A stretch of 24,000 nucleotides of DNA from Cronobacter dublinensis subsp. dublinensis LMG 23823 (lineage in GTDB: Bacteria > Pseudomonadota > Gammaproteobacteria > Enterobacterales > Enterobacteriaceae): NCBI RefSeq assembly GCF_001277235.1, contig NZ_CP012266.1:4211398-4235397 (forward strand), given 5' to 3'. Shown one piece after another: positions 1 to 7,227 of the stretch; the first letter of the stretch is position 1, and the number at the start of each line of letters is the position of its first letter. The translations under genes were made by a program, and so were the position numbers. The notes beneath the pieces are model-generated. The model was given only the letters and a program-made list of their open reading frames with translations. It was not told the origin of the DNA and searched no databases.

Positions 1-164
1 CGCTTGCGATGATAACGACCCTGCTGACGCTCGGCATGCTGGTTTTCAGCGCCACACAGGCGATCAGTGGTTTCGGCACCGTACTGTGCTGCGGCATTTT
101 CGTCGCCTTTTTACTCTCTCCTCTGGCCATGCCGGAACGTCGCAAAACGAGAAAATCACGATGA
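1..164 (+). CDS. 3' end (partial) of a membrane transporter gene, consistent with the MMPL/RND-like exporter of aryl-polyene clusters (ApeM-like)
   Basis: The frame starting at nt 3 is open from the window edge to TGA 162-164. It translates to LAMITTLLTLGMLVFSATQAISGFGTVLCCGIFVAFLLSPLAMPERRKTRKSR, a hydrophobic helical segment plus a basic tail. The stop overlaps the next start (ATGA at 161-164). The family call rests on gene context only. Confidence 0.5.
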   Translation, partial: LAMITTLLTLGMLVFSATQAISGFGTVLCCGIFVAFLLSPLAMPERRKTRKSR

Positions 165-745
165 GAAACTCTCTCTGGCATGCGGGCCTGCTGCTCGCGC
201 TCACGCTGTCGGTTGGCTGTACGTCGCATACCCACGGGCAGAACGATCCGCATCCGCAGGCCTGGCTCAAACCTGGCGTGCGCGTAACGCTGCCACCGCC
301 GGGGATTACGCCTGCGGTGAACAGCCAACAATTGCTGACCGGCGAATTCAACGGGCAAAAGCAGTCACTGCTGGTGATGCTGAACGCCGATCGCGAAAAA
401 ATCACGCTGGCGGGGCTCTCGTCGGTGGGTATCCGGCTGTTTCTCGCAACCTACGACAGCCGCGGCATTCATACGGAGCAGTCCATCGTCGTCCCGCAGC
501 TGCCGCCCGCAAGCCAGGTGCTGGCCGATATCATGCTCAGCCACTGGCCGGTTGACGCCTGGCGGGCGCATTTACCGGCAGGCTGGACGCTGACAGACCA
601 TCTCGATCGCCGCGAACTGCGCGACAGCGACGGCAAGCTGGTCACGCGGATCACCTATCTGGAGCGCGGGGCGTTGCGCCAGCCCATCAGCATTGAGCAG
701 GCGGTGTTCCACTACCACATCACGATTCAATATCTGGACGACTGA
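161..745 (+). CDS. Small exported protein or putative lipoprotein (DUF3261-like, ApeN-like position in APE clusters)
   Basis: An internal ATG at 161 of the 86-745 ORF gives MRNSLWHAGLLLALTLSVGCTS, a signal peptide with a lipobox-like SVGC. The start is coupled to the upstream stop by ATGA. It sits between the exporter and the KS gene, as in APE clusters. The 86 start was rejected because it would overlap the upstream gene by 79 nt. Confidence 0.6.
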   Translation: MRNSLWHAGLLLALTLSVGCTSHTHGQNDPHPQAWLKPGVRVTLPPPGITPAVNSQQLLTGEFNGQKQSLLVMLNADREKITLAGLSSVGIRLFLATYDSRGIHTEQSIVVPQLPPASQVLADIMLSHWPVDAWRAHLPAGWTLTDHLDRRELRDSDGKLVTRITYLERGALRQPISIEQAVFHYHITIQYLDD

Positions 746-746
746 G

Positions 747-1916
747 ATGATTTACGTTTCCGCCATGGGGATGGTCAGCGCGCTCGGCACCACGCTTGAT
801 GATACCGCCGCCAGCCTGCAAAGCGGCGTCGTGCCGGGCATGAAGCTGCGCAGCGGCTGGTTGCAACAGGGGCAGGACGCCATGCTGGGCGGCGTTGAAG
901 GCCCGCTCCCGGCGATCCCGGACGCCTTCCGGGCGCACCGTTCCCGAAATAATCAGCTCCTGCTGGCCGCCCTTGCGCAAATACAGCCGCAGGTTGATGC
1001 CGCCATTGCGCAGTATGGCCGCGATCGGGTGGCCGTGGTGCTGGGCACCAGCACGTCGGGCCTTGATGAAAGCGACCGGCACCTCGAAGCGCACTTTAAT
1101 AACGACGACGCGACCGACTGGCACTACTACCAGCAGGAGTTAGGCGATCCTTCGCGTTTTCTTGCCGCGTGGCTGCAATTACAGGGCCCGGCCTTCACGC
1201 TGTCGACCGCCTGCTCCTCCAGCGCCAGGGCGGTTATCAGCGGGAAACGCCTGATTGAAGCGGGCCTTGCGGATGTCGCGATTGTCGGCGGGGCCGACAC
1301 GTTAAGCCGGATGCCGGTCAATGGTTTTGACAGCCTTGAGTCGTTCTCCTCTCGCCTGTGCGAGCCCTTTGGTCGCGACCGTTGCGGCATTACCATCGGC
1401 GAAGGAGCCGGGCTAATGCTGCTGACCTCGCAGCCGCAGGCCATCGCGCTGCTCGGTACGGGCGAGTCCAGCGACGCGTACCATATTTCTGCGCCGCATC
1501 CGGAAGGCGAAGGCGCTATCCGGGCTATTACACAGGCGCTGCGCGAAGCGAGCCTTGCGCCGGAAGATATCGGTTATATCAACCTGCACGGCACCGCCAC
1601 CCCGCTTAACGATAAAATCGAGTCGCAGGTGGTGCATACGCTGTTTGGCAATCGCGTGCCGTGCAGTTCCACCAAACACCTCACCGGACATACGCTCGGC
1701 GCGGCCGGGATTTGCGAAGCGATTATCAGCGCGCTCATTCTTGCACGCGCGCTGCCCCTGCCTGCGCAAGATTTTGCGCGTTATTCGCCCGATGAAACCC
1801 TGCCGGATTGCGGCATTCTGCACGCCCCGACGCCGCTGCGTCGGCCTTACGTGCTTTCTAATTCATTCGCTTTTGGCGGCAACAATACCAGCCTGTTATT
1901 CGGGAGGATGTCGTGA
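747..1916 (+). CDS. Beta-ketoacyl-ACP synthase family protein (ApeO-like KS)
   Basis: The KS motifs are visible: active-site Cys in LSTACSSS, His in AYHISAP and NLHGTATPLND, KHLTGHTLGAAG, and C-terminal NSFAFGGNNTSLL. I chose the ATG at 747 (MIYVSAMGMVSALG), one nt after the upstream TGA (743-745), rather than the 693 ORF start. Confidence 0.85.
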   Translation: MIYVSAMGMVSALGTTLDDTAASLQSGVVPGMKLRSGWLQQGQDAMLGGVEGPLPAIPDAFRAHRSRNNQLLLAALAQIQPQVDAAIAQYGRDRVAVVLGTSTSGLDESDRHLEAHFNNDDATDWHYYQQELGDPSRFLAAWLQLQGPAFTLSTACSSSARAVISGKRLIEAGLADVAIVGGADTLSRMPVNGFDSLESFSSRLCEPFGRDRCGITIGEGAGLMLLTSQPQAIALLGTGESSDAYHISAPHPEGEGAIRAITQALREASLAPEDIGYINLHGTATPLNDKIESQVVHTLFGNRVPCSSTKHLTGHTLGAAGICEAIISALILARALPLPAQDFARYSPDETLPDCGILHAPTPLRRPYVLSNSFAFGGNNTSLLFGRMS

Positions 1917-2389
1917 CCCCTTATCTGGCGCCTGGCGCTTATTTACCGCATGAAACCCCGATGCTGCTTCTGGAAAGCGTCCTGACGATAAGCGACAACA
2001 GCGCGCGGTGTCGCGTCACCGTGTCGCCGCAGGGCGTGCTGGCACCGTTTCTGACCGCCGAAGGCGACCTTCCCGCCTGGTACGCGATGGAGCTGATGGC
2101 GCAGACAGTGGGCGTCTGGTCCGGCTGGCACCGCACGACGCGCGGTGAGCCGGGCATCGCGCTCGGCATGATTTTGGGCGTGCGCGACCTGCAATGTCAG
2201 CACAGCGTTTTTGCGCGCGGCAGCGTGCTGGACATCGACGTGACCCTGCTGTTGCAGGATGAAAAATTCGGCAGTTTCGACGCCGTTCTCCACGCCGACG
2301 GGGCGAGCCTCGCCCGTGGACGCATTAATACCTTTCAGCCGGATAACGCCGAGCTGAATCAGCTTTTTTCTCAGGGAGCCTCTACATGA
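1913..2389 (+). CDS. Hotdog-fold 3-hydroxyacyl-ACP dehydratase (FabA/FabZ-like, ApeP-like)
   Basis: A GTG start at 1913 overlaps the KS stop (GTGA), with GGGAGG 5 nt upstream. The N-terminal LPHETPMLLLESVL motif is typical of these dehydratases. Its size (158 aa) and position between the KS and KR genes also fit. Confidence 0.8.
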   Translation: MTPYLAPGAYLPHETPMLLLESVLTISDNSARCRVTVSPQGVLAPFLTAEGDLPAWYAMELMAQTVGVWSGWHRTTRGEPGIALGMILGVRDLQCQHSVFARGSVLDIDVTLLLQDEKFGSFDAVLHADGASLARGRINTFQPDNAELNQLFSQGAST

Positions 2390-3117
2390 GTCGATCAGTT
2401 CTGGTTACCGGAGCCAGCAAAGGCATTGGCCGGGCGATTGCTCGTCAGCTGGCTGCCGACGGTTTTACCGTCGGGGTACATTATCATCGCGACGAAAACG
2501 GCGCGCAGGAGACGCTACGCGCCATCACCGACGCCGGCGGCACGGGGCGTCTGCTCTGTTTCGACGTCAGCCAGCGTGACGCGTGCCGTGCCACGCTTGA
2601 AGCCGATATTGAACGCCACGGCGCCTGGTATGGCCTCGTCAGTAACGCGGGCATCACCCGGGACGGCGCGTTTCCGGCGCTCAGCGACGATGACTGGGAC
2701 GCGGTTATCCATACCAATCTCGACAGTTTTTATAACGTGGTGCAGCCCTGCATTATGCCGATGATCGCCGCCCGTCAGGGGGGAAGGATTGTGACGGTCT
2801 CTTCCGTCTCCGGGATCATGGGCAATCGCGGGCAGGTTAACTACAGCGCGGCCAAAGCGGGCATTATCGGCGCGACGAAAGCGCTGGCGATCGAGCTTGC
2901 GAAGCGCAAAATCACCGTCAACTGCATCGCGCCTGGCCTGATTGACACCGGCATGATTGACATGGAAGAAGCGGCCTTAAAAGAAGCGATGAGCATTATC
3001 CCGATGAAACGCATGGGCCAGGCCGACGAAGTCGCGGGCCTCGCCAGCTATCTGATGTCCGATATCGCGGGCTACGTTACCCGCCAGGTCATCTCCATCA
3101 ACGGGGGAATGCTATGA
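2386..3117 (+). CDS. 3-oxoacyl-ACP reductase, FabG-like SDR (ApeQ-like)
   Basis: It carries TGASKGIGRAIA (the Rossmann TGxxxGxG motif), NAGI, S...YSAAK catalytic residues and a C-terminal INGGM. The start has an ATGA overlap with the upstream gene. Confidence 0.9.
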   Translation: MSRSVLVTGASKGIGRAIARQLAADGFTVGVHYHRDENGAQETLRAITDAGGTGRLLCFDVSQRDACRATLEADIERHGAWYGLVSNAGITRDGAFPALSDDDWDAVIHTNLDSFYNVVQPCIMPMIAARQGGRIVTVSSVSGIMGNRGQVNYSAAKAGIIGATKALAIELAKRKITVNCIAPGLIDTGMIDMEEAALKEAMSIIPMKRMGQADEVAGLASYLMSDIAGYVTRQVISINGGML

Positions 3118-4343
3118 TGCGCCGCGTTGTTATTACCGGAATGGCGGGCGTCACAGCCTTTGGTGAGACCTGGCAGGCGGTGGCCGCGCGTCTGAAAGCG
3201 GGCGAAAACGCCGTGCGCAAAATGCCGGAATGGCAGGTCTACGACGGGCTGCATACCCTGCTGGGCGCGCCCGTCGATGATTTCGTGACGCCGGATCACT
3301 ACACCCGTAAACGCATCCGCTCGATGGGCAGAGTGTCGCTGATGTCTACCCGCGCGACGGAGCTGGCGCTGGAGATGGCGGGCCTTATCGACGACCCCGT
3401 GCTGACCAGCGGCGAAACGGGCATCGCCTACGGCTCATCGACCGGCAGCACCGGCCCGGTGAGCGAATTCGCGACTATGCTGACGGAGAAACACACCAAC
3501 AATATTACCGGCACCACGTATGTCCAGATGATGCCGCACACCACCGCCGTGAATACCGGGCTTTTCTTCGGGCTGAAAGGACGCGTGATCCCCACCTCCA
3601 GCGCCTGTACCTCCGGCAGCCAGGCCATCGGTTACGCCTGGGAGGCTATCCGCCACGGTTATCAGACTGTCATGGTGGCGGGCGGCGCAGAAGAGTTATG
3701 CCCTTCCGAAGCGGCGGTCTTCGACACCCTCTTCGCCACCAGCCAGCGCAACGAGGCCCCGAAAACCACGCCCGCGCCGTTCGATAAAGACCGCGACGGC
3801 CTGGTCATTGGCGAAGGCGCCGGAACGTTAATTCTGGAAGAGCTGGAGCACGCGAAAGCGCGCGGCGCCACTATTTACGGGGAGATCGTCAGCTTTTACA
3901 CCAACTGCGACGCCGCGCATATTACGCAGCCGCAGCGCGAAACGATGCAGATTTGCATTGAACGTGCGTTATCGATGGCGGCGCTTACGCCACAGGACAT
4001 CGGGTATATCTGCGCTCACGGCACCGCCACCGACCGGGGCGATATCGCCGAAACGCAGGCCACCGCCGCTGTATTCGGCGAGCACACGCCAATTTCTTCG
4101 CTGAAAAGCTATTTCGGCCACACGCTTGGCGCGTGCGGCGCGCTGGAGGCGTGGATGAGCCTCGAAATGATGCGTGAAGGCGCGTTCGCGCCGACGCTTA
4201 ACCTGCGTCAGCCGGATGACCAGTGCGGCGCGCTCGATTACATCATGCATGCGCCGCGCGCTATCGACTGCGAATTTATTCAGACGAACAACTTCGCGTT
4301 TGGCGGTATTAACACCTCGCTGGTGTTGCGTCGCTGGCCTTAA
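3114..4343 (+). CDS. Beta-ketoacyl-ACP synthase, FabB/FabF-like (ApeR-like KS)
   Basis: The motifs are active-site Cys in TSSACTSGSQA, His in AAHITQP and CAHGTATDRGD, KSYFGHTLGACG, and NNFAFGGINTSLV. The start has an ATGA overlap with the reductase stop. Confidence 0.9.
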   Translation: MMRRVVITGMAGVTAFGETWQAVAARLKAGENAVRKMPEWQVYDGLHTLLGAPVDDFVTPDHYTRKRIRSMGRVSLMSTRATELALEMAGLIDDPVLTSGETGIAYGSSTGSTGPVSEFATMLTEKHTNNITGTTYVQMMPHTTAVNTGLFFGLKGRVIPTSSACTSGSQAIGYAWEAIRHGYQTVMVAGGAEELCPSEAAVFDTLFATSQRNEAPKTTPAPFDKDRDGLVIGEGAGTLILEELEHAKARGATIYGEIVSFYTNCDAAHITQPQRETMQICIERALSMAALTPQDIGYICAHGTATDRGDIAETQATAAVFGEHTPISSLKSYFGHTLGACGALEAWMSLEMMREGAFAPTLNLRQPDDQCGALDYIMHAPRAIDCEFIQTNNFAFGGINTSLVLRRWP

Positions 4344-4345
4344 CC

Positions 4346-4963
4346 GTGCTGCGTGTCGTTATCGGCGAGACCGCCTCGCTGTGCTCGCCGCAGGCGGCGG
4401 CGCGCTGGCTTTCGCCCGCATTGCTGGCGCAACAACCGACGGGCCCGCGTCAGGCGAGCTGGCTTGCCGGGCGCATTATGCTGGCCTGGGCTATCGGTAC
4501 GCCTGCCCTGCCGCCGCTTGGGGAAAACCAGAACGGTAAGCCCTGTTTAGCGCACGATTCTGGGCTGGCCTTTAATCTCAGCCATAGTGACGGCGTGGTG
4601 GCGCTGGCATTAAGTGACGCCGGCGAGGTGGGCTGTGATATTGAAAGGATCCGGGCGCGCCGACGCGTGCAGCCCCTCGCGCAGGCGATTTTCAGCGACG
4701 AGGAGCAGGCAATGCTGTCTGCGCTGCCCGCTGAAGCCAGGCTGCCCGCGTTCTGGCAGTGCTGGACCCGGCGCGAGGCGCTTATCAAGCAACGCGCAGG
4801 CACCGTCTGGGAACTCCTGCAGACGCCGCAAAGCGTCACGGCGTCTGACACCGTTTTTATCAGCGACTGTCGCTGGCGGGATCTGCACATCGCCGTTTGC
4901 GCATCCGCGCCGTATGCCCCTCTTGAGCGGCATCTGGAATACCTGACGCCCACCTCGCTGTAG
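4346..4963 (+). CDS. acpT: 4'-phosphopantetheinyl transferase AcpT
   Basis: A GTG start lies 2 nt after the KS stop. The product aligns by eye with my recollection of E. coli AcpT: MLRVVIGE... versus MYRIVLGK..., then WLAGR, FNLSHS, LSDAGEVGCDIE and WTRREALIKQRAG. Confidence 0.85.
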   Translation: MLRVVIGETASLCSPQAAARWLSPALLAQQPTGPRQASWLAGRIMLAWAIGTPALPPLGENQNGKPCLAHDSGLAFNLSHSDGVVALALSDAGEVGCDIERIRARRRVQPLAQAIFSDEEQAMLSALPAEARLPAFWQCWTRREALIKQRAGTVWELLQTPQSVTASDTVFISDCRWRDLHIAVCASAPYAPLERHLEYLTPTSL

Positions 4964-4967
4964 ACGG

Positions 4968-5474
4968 TCACACCACGCGGCGCGCGGCGAGATAACGGAC
5001 GCGCCAGTAGCGGTTGCTCAGGCTGGAAATGGTCACGCCTTTCTCTTTCGAGGCGTGGATAAACTGGTCGTCGCCGATATACACGCCCACATGGCGCTGG
5101 CGCGGGCCGGTGTTGAAAAACACCAGATCGCCCGGCTGCAGCGCCGTTTTTCTTACCGCTCTGCCCTCCCTGATCTGCGCCTGCGTGGTGCGCGGCAGCG
5201 CGACGCTCGCCGATTCGGCAAACAGGTGCTGCATCAGCGCCGAGCAGTCGACGCCGCGGCGGGTCGTGCCGCCTAAGTGATAGCGGGTGCCTTTCCAGCT
5301 GCCGTAGCGGCTTAGCAGCGCGCTTTTCAGCCGCGGCGGCGGCGCATCGTGATGAAAGTGGTATGAGACATCCGTGTTTGTGCCCTGGTCATGCCAGGCG
5401 TTCGGTAGCGCCGCGCTGAACGCCGGCGCAGAGAGCAAAGCGGCAAAAGAAAAAATCATCAATAAAAAACGCAT
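4968..5474 (-). CDS. Secreted NlpC/P60-family peptidoglycan endopeptidase
   Basis: An internal ATG at 5474 gives MRFLLMIFSFAALLSAPAFSA, a Sec signal peptide with no lipobox Cys. The catalytic Cys is in RRGVDCSALM, with His in RHVGVYIG and FIHAS, and the C-terminus is NlpC-like (YWRVRYLAARRV). I rejected the 40-codon N-terminal extension to 5594 because it is not signal-like. Confidence 0.85.
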   Translation of the reverse strand: MRFLLMIFSFAALLSAPAFSAALPNAWHDQGTNTDVSYHFHHDAPPPRLKSALLSRYGSWKGTRYHLGGTTRRGVDCSALMQHLFAESASVALPRTTQAQIREGRAVRKTALQPGDLVFFNTGPRQRHVGVYIGDDQFIHASKEKGVTISSLSNRYWRVRYLAARRVV

Positions 5475-5865
5475 CGTGGTCACTAACGTTGTGTGTTGCT
5501 GTTCCCTACCCGGCAGGAAACCCGCTCCTGATGGGCTTCCTGTTACGGGGCGCAACGTTAACGACTGGCGATAAATTAGACTATCGACTCTCACTACATT
5601 CGCTTGTTACTCCACTTTCATTGCCCGCCGCACGGCGCGCATAAGCCCTTCATCCGCCAGCGCATAAACGCCTTTTTTACGCGCCAGGCCCTTCTTTTTA
5701 TGGGATTTTTACACCGACGCCCCCCTGAAAACGCTAGCCTTTGACCATCGCCCGAGCGGCTCTGAAGAAGCGTAACCTATGTTTTCCTTTGCTCTTACTC
5801 CCTGGTTCAAACCCCGCAGCCCGAGCCTCTCCTCCGGCCGCGTCTCATCCACGCAGGAACCGATC

Positions 5866-7206
5866 ATGTTCTCCACGTTGCTGAATACCTGGATGCTGGC
5901 GGGTACGCCTGACGGCGTCGGCGTACCGTTTCGCCAGGAGGCCGAGGCGTATTTGCGGGACTACCCGCACACCCGCCACGTCGATATTTACCTGCACGAT
6001 CTCAACGGCTGCCGTCGCGGTAAGCGCGTCAGCGTGGAGAGCCTGCGCGCGCTGGCGCAGGGCTGCTATTTCCCGCAGTCCGTCTATGAAATGGATAACG
6101 AAGGACAGGTGATTGCGGGCGCCGCGGCGCAACGCGAGCCTGACCGGCTCTGCCTGCCGGTCAGCGGCACGCTGCGCCCGTGCGCGGGCGATCCTGAGCA
6201 TCACGCCCAGCTGCTGCTCTCCATGCAAAGCCCGGACGGCGCAGGCTGCCCGCTGGAGCCGCGCGTGGTGCTGGAGCGGCTGCTGGCGACGTTTCACGCC
6301 CGTGGTTTGTACCCGGTCATGGCGCCGGAAGTGGAGTTCTATTTGCAGGCCGCAGACGGCGCCGCGCCGACATCGCGCTGTTTTGATGTCGACATGCCCG
6401 GGCGCGACAACGCGCTGCTGGAGGCGATGGAAACCGAAGCCCGCCGTCAGGGCCTGCCGCTGTGCGGCATCGTCGCGGAGGCCGAGGCGGGCCAGTTTGA
6501 GCTGAATTTTCGCCACAGCAGTCGCGTGGTGGCGCTCTGCGATAGGGTACTGGCGGCCCGACGGCTGGTGCATCAGGTGGCGGAAAAACAGGGCTACTAC
6601 GCCAGCTTTATGGCCAAGCCCCGGTCGGCGCTCGCGGGCAGCGGCCTGCACTTTCATATCAGCCTGAACGACGCGCAGGGCAATAATCTGTTCGCAAGCG
6701 AAGAGGGCCAGCCGAACGTCATGATGCGCCGCAGCCTGAGCGGCCTGCTGGCGCTGATGCCGGCAAGCGTCGCGCTGGTGACGCCCGGCGCTAACGCCTT
6801 CCGGCGGCTGCGCAAGAGCCTGAACGAACCGCTGTTCTCCTCCTGGGGCTATAACGACCGCTCGGCGGCGCTGCGTCTGCCGTGCGCCGATGCCGCGAGT
6901 CAGCGCATCGAATATCGGCTCGCGAGCGCGGACGCCAACCCGTATCTCGTGGCGGCGGCGGTGCTGGCGGGCGTGCTCTATGGGCTCGATCACCCGCTTA
7001 CGCTGCCGCAGGCCGGCTCAGTGGCCGGTCTGCCCGCCCTGCCGCTGTTCTGGCCGGACGCGCTGGCGCGTTTTCAGGAGGCCGACTGGCTGCGCAAACA
7101 ACTGGGCGCGCCGTTCAGCGACGCCTGGATCGCCTGCAAGCGTCAGGAGCTGGCCCGGTTCGAAAGTGAAGTCACCGACGCGGAAAAACGCGCGCATCGT
7201 CATTAA
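5866..7206 (+). CDS. Glutamine synthetase family protein (PuuA-like gamma-glutamyl ligase type)
   Basis: The GS catalytic-domain motifs appear intact: PEVEFYL, GSGLHFHISL, NAFRRL, WGYNDRSAALRLP and RIEYRLASADANPYL. I preferred the ATG at 5866 (AGGAA 7 nt upstream) over the 5779 ORF start. Confidence 0.85.
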   Translation: MFSTLLNTWMLAGTPDGVGVPFRQEAEAYLRDYPHTRHVDIYLHDLNGCRRGKRVSVESLRALAQGCYFPQSVYEMDNEGQVIAGAAAQREPDRLCLPVSGTLRPCAGDPEHHAQLLLSMQSPDGAGCPLEPRVVLERLLATFHARGLYPVMAPEVEFYLQAADGAAPTSRCFDVDMPGRDNALLEAMETEARRQGLPLCGIVAEAEAGQFELNFRHSSRVVALCDRVLAARRLVHQVAEKQGYYASFMAKPRSALAGSGLHFHISLNDAQGNNLFASEEGQPNVMMRRSLSGLLALMPASVALVTPGANAFRRLRKSLNEPLFSSWGYNDRSAALRLPCADAASQRIEYRLASADANPYLVAAAVLAGVLYGLDHPLTLPQAGSVAGLPALPLFWPDALARFQEADWLRKQLGAPFSDAWIACKRQELARFESEVTDAEKRAHRH

Positions 7207-7227
7207 TCACGCAAAAAGAGGTGAGTC

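Noticed and set aside
5845-6993. A 382-aa ORF on the minus strand, fully inside the GS-like gene.
   Set aside because: This is a typical GC-rich shadow ORF. Its composition is Arg/Ala/Gln/His-rich and low-complexity, with no recognisable motifs, and the opposite strand encodes a protein with clear family motifs. The same reasoning applies to 720-1124, 1413-1823, 7237-8106, 8782-9735, 17456-18076, 22166-22786 and 23346-23879.
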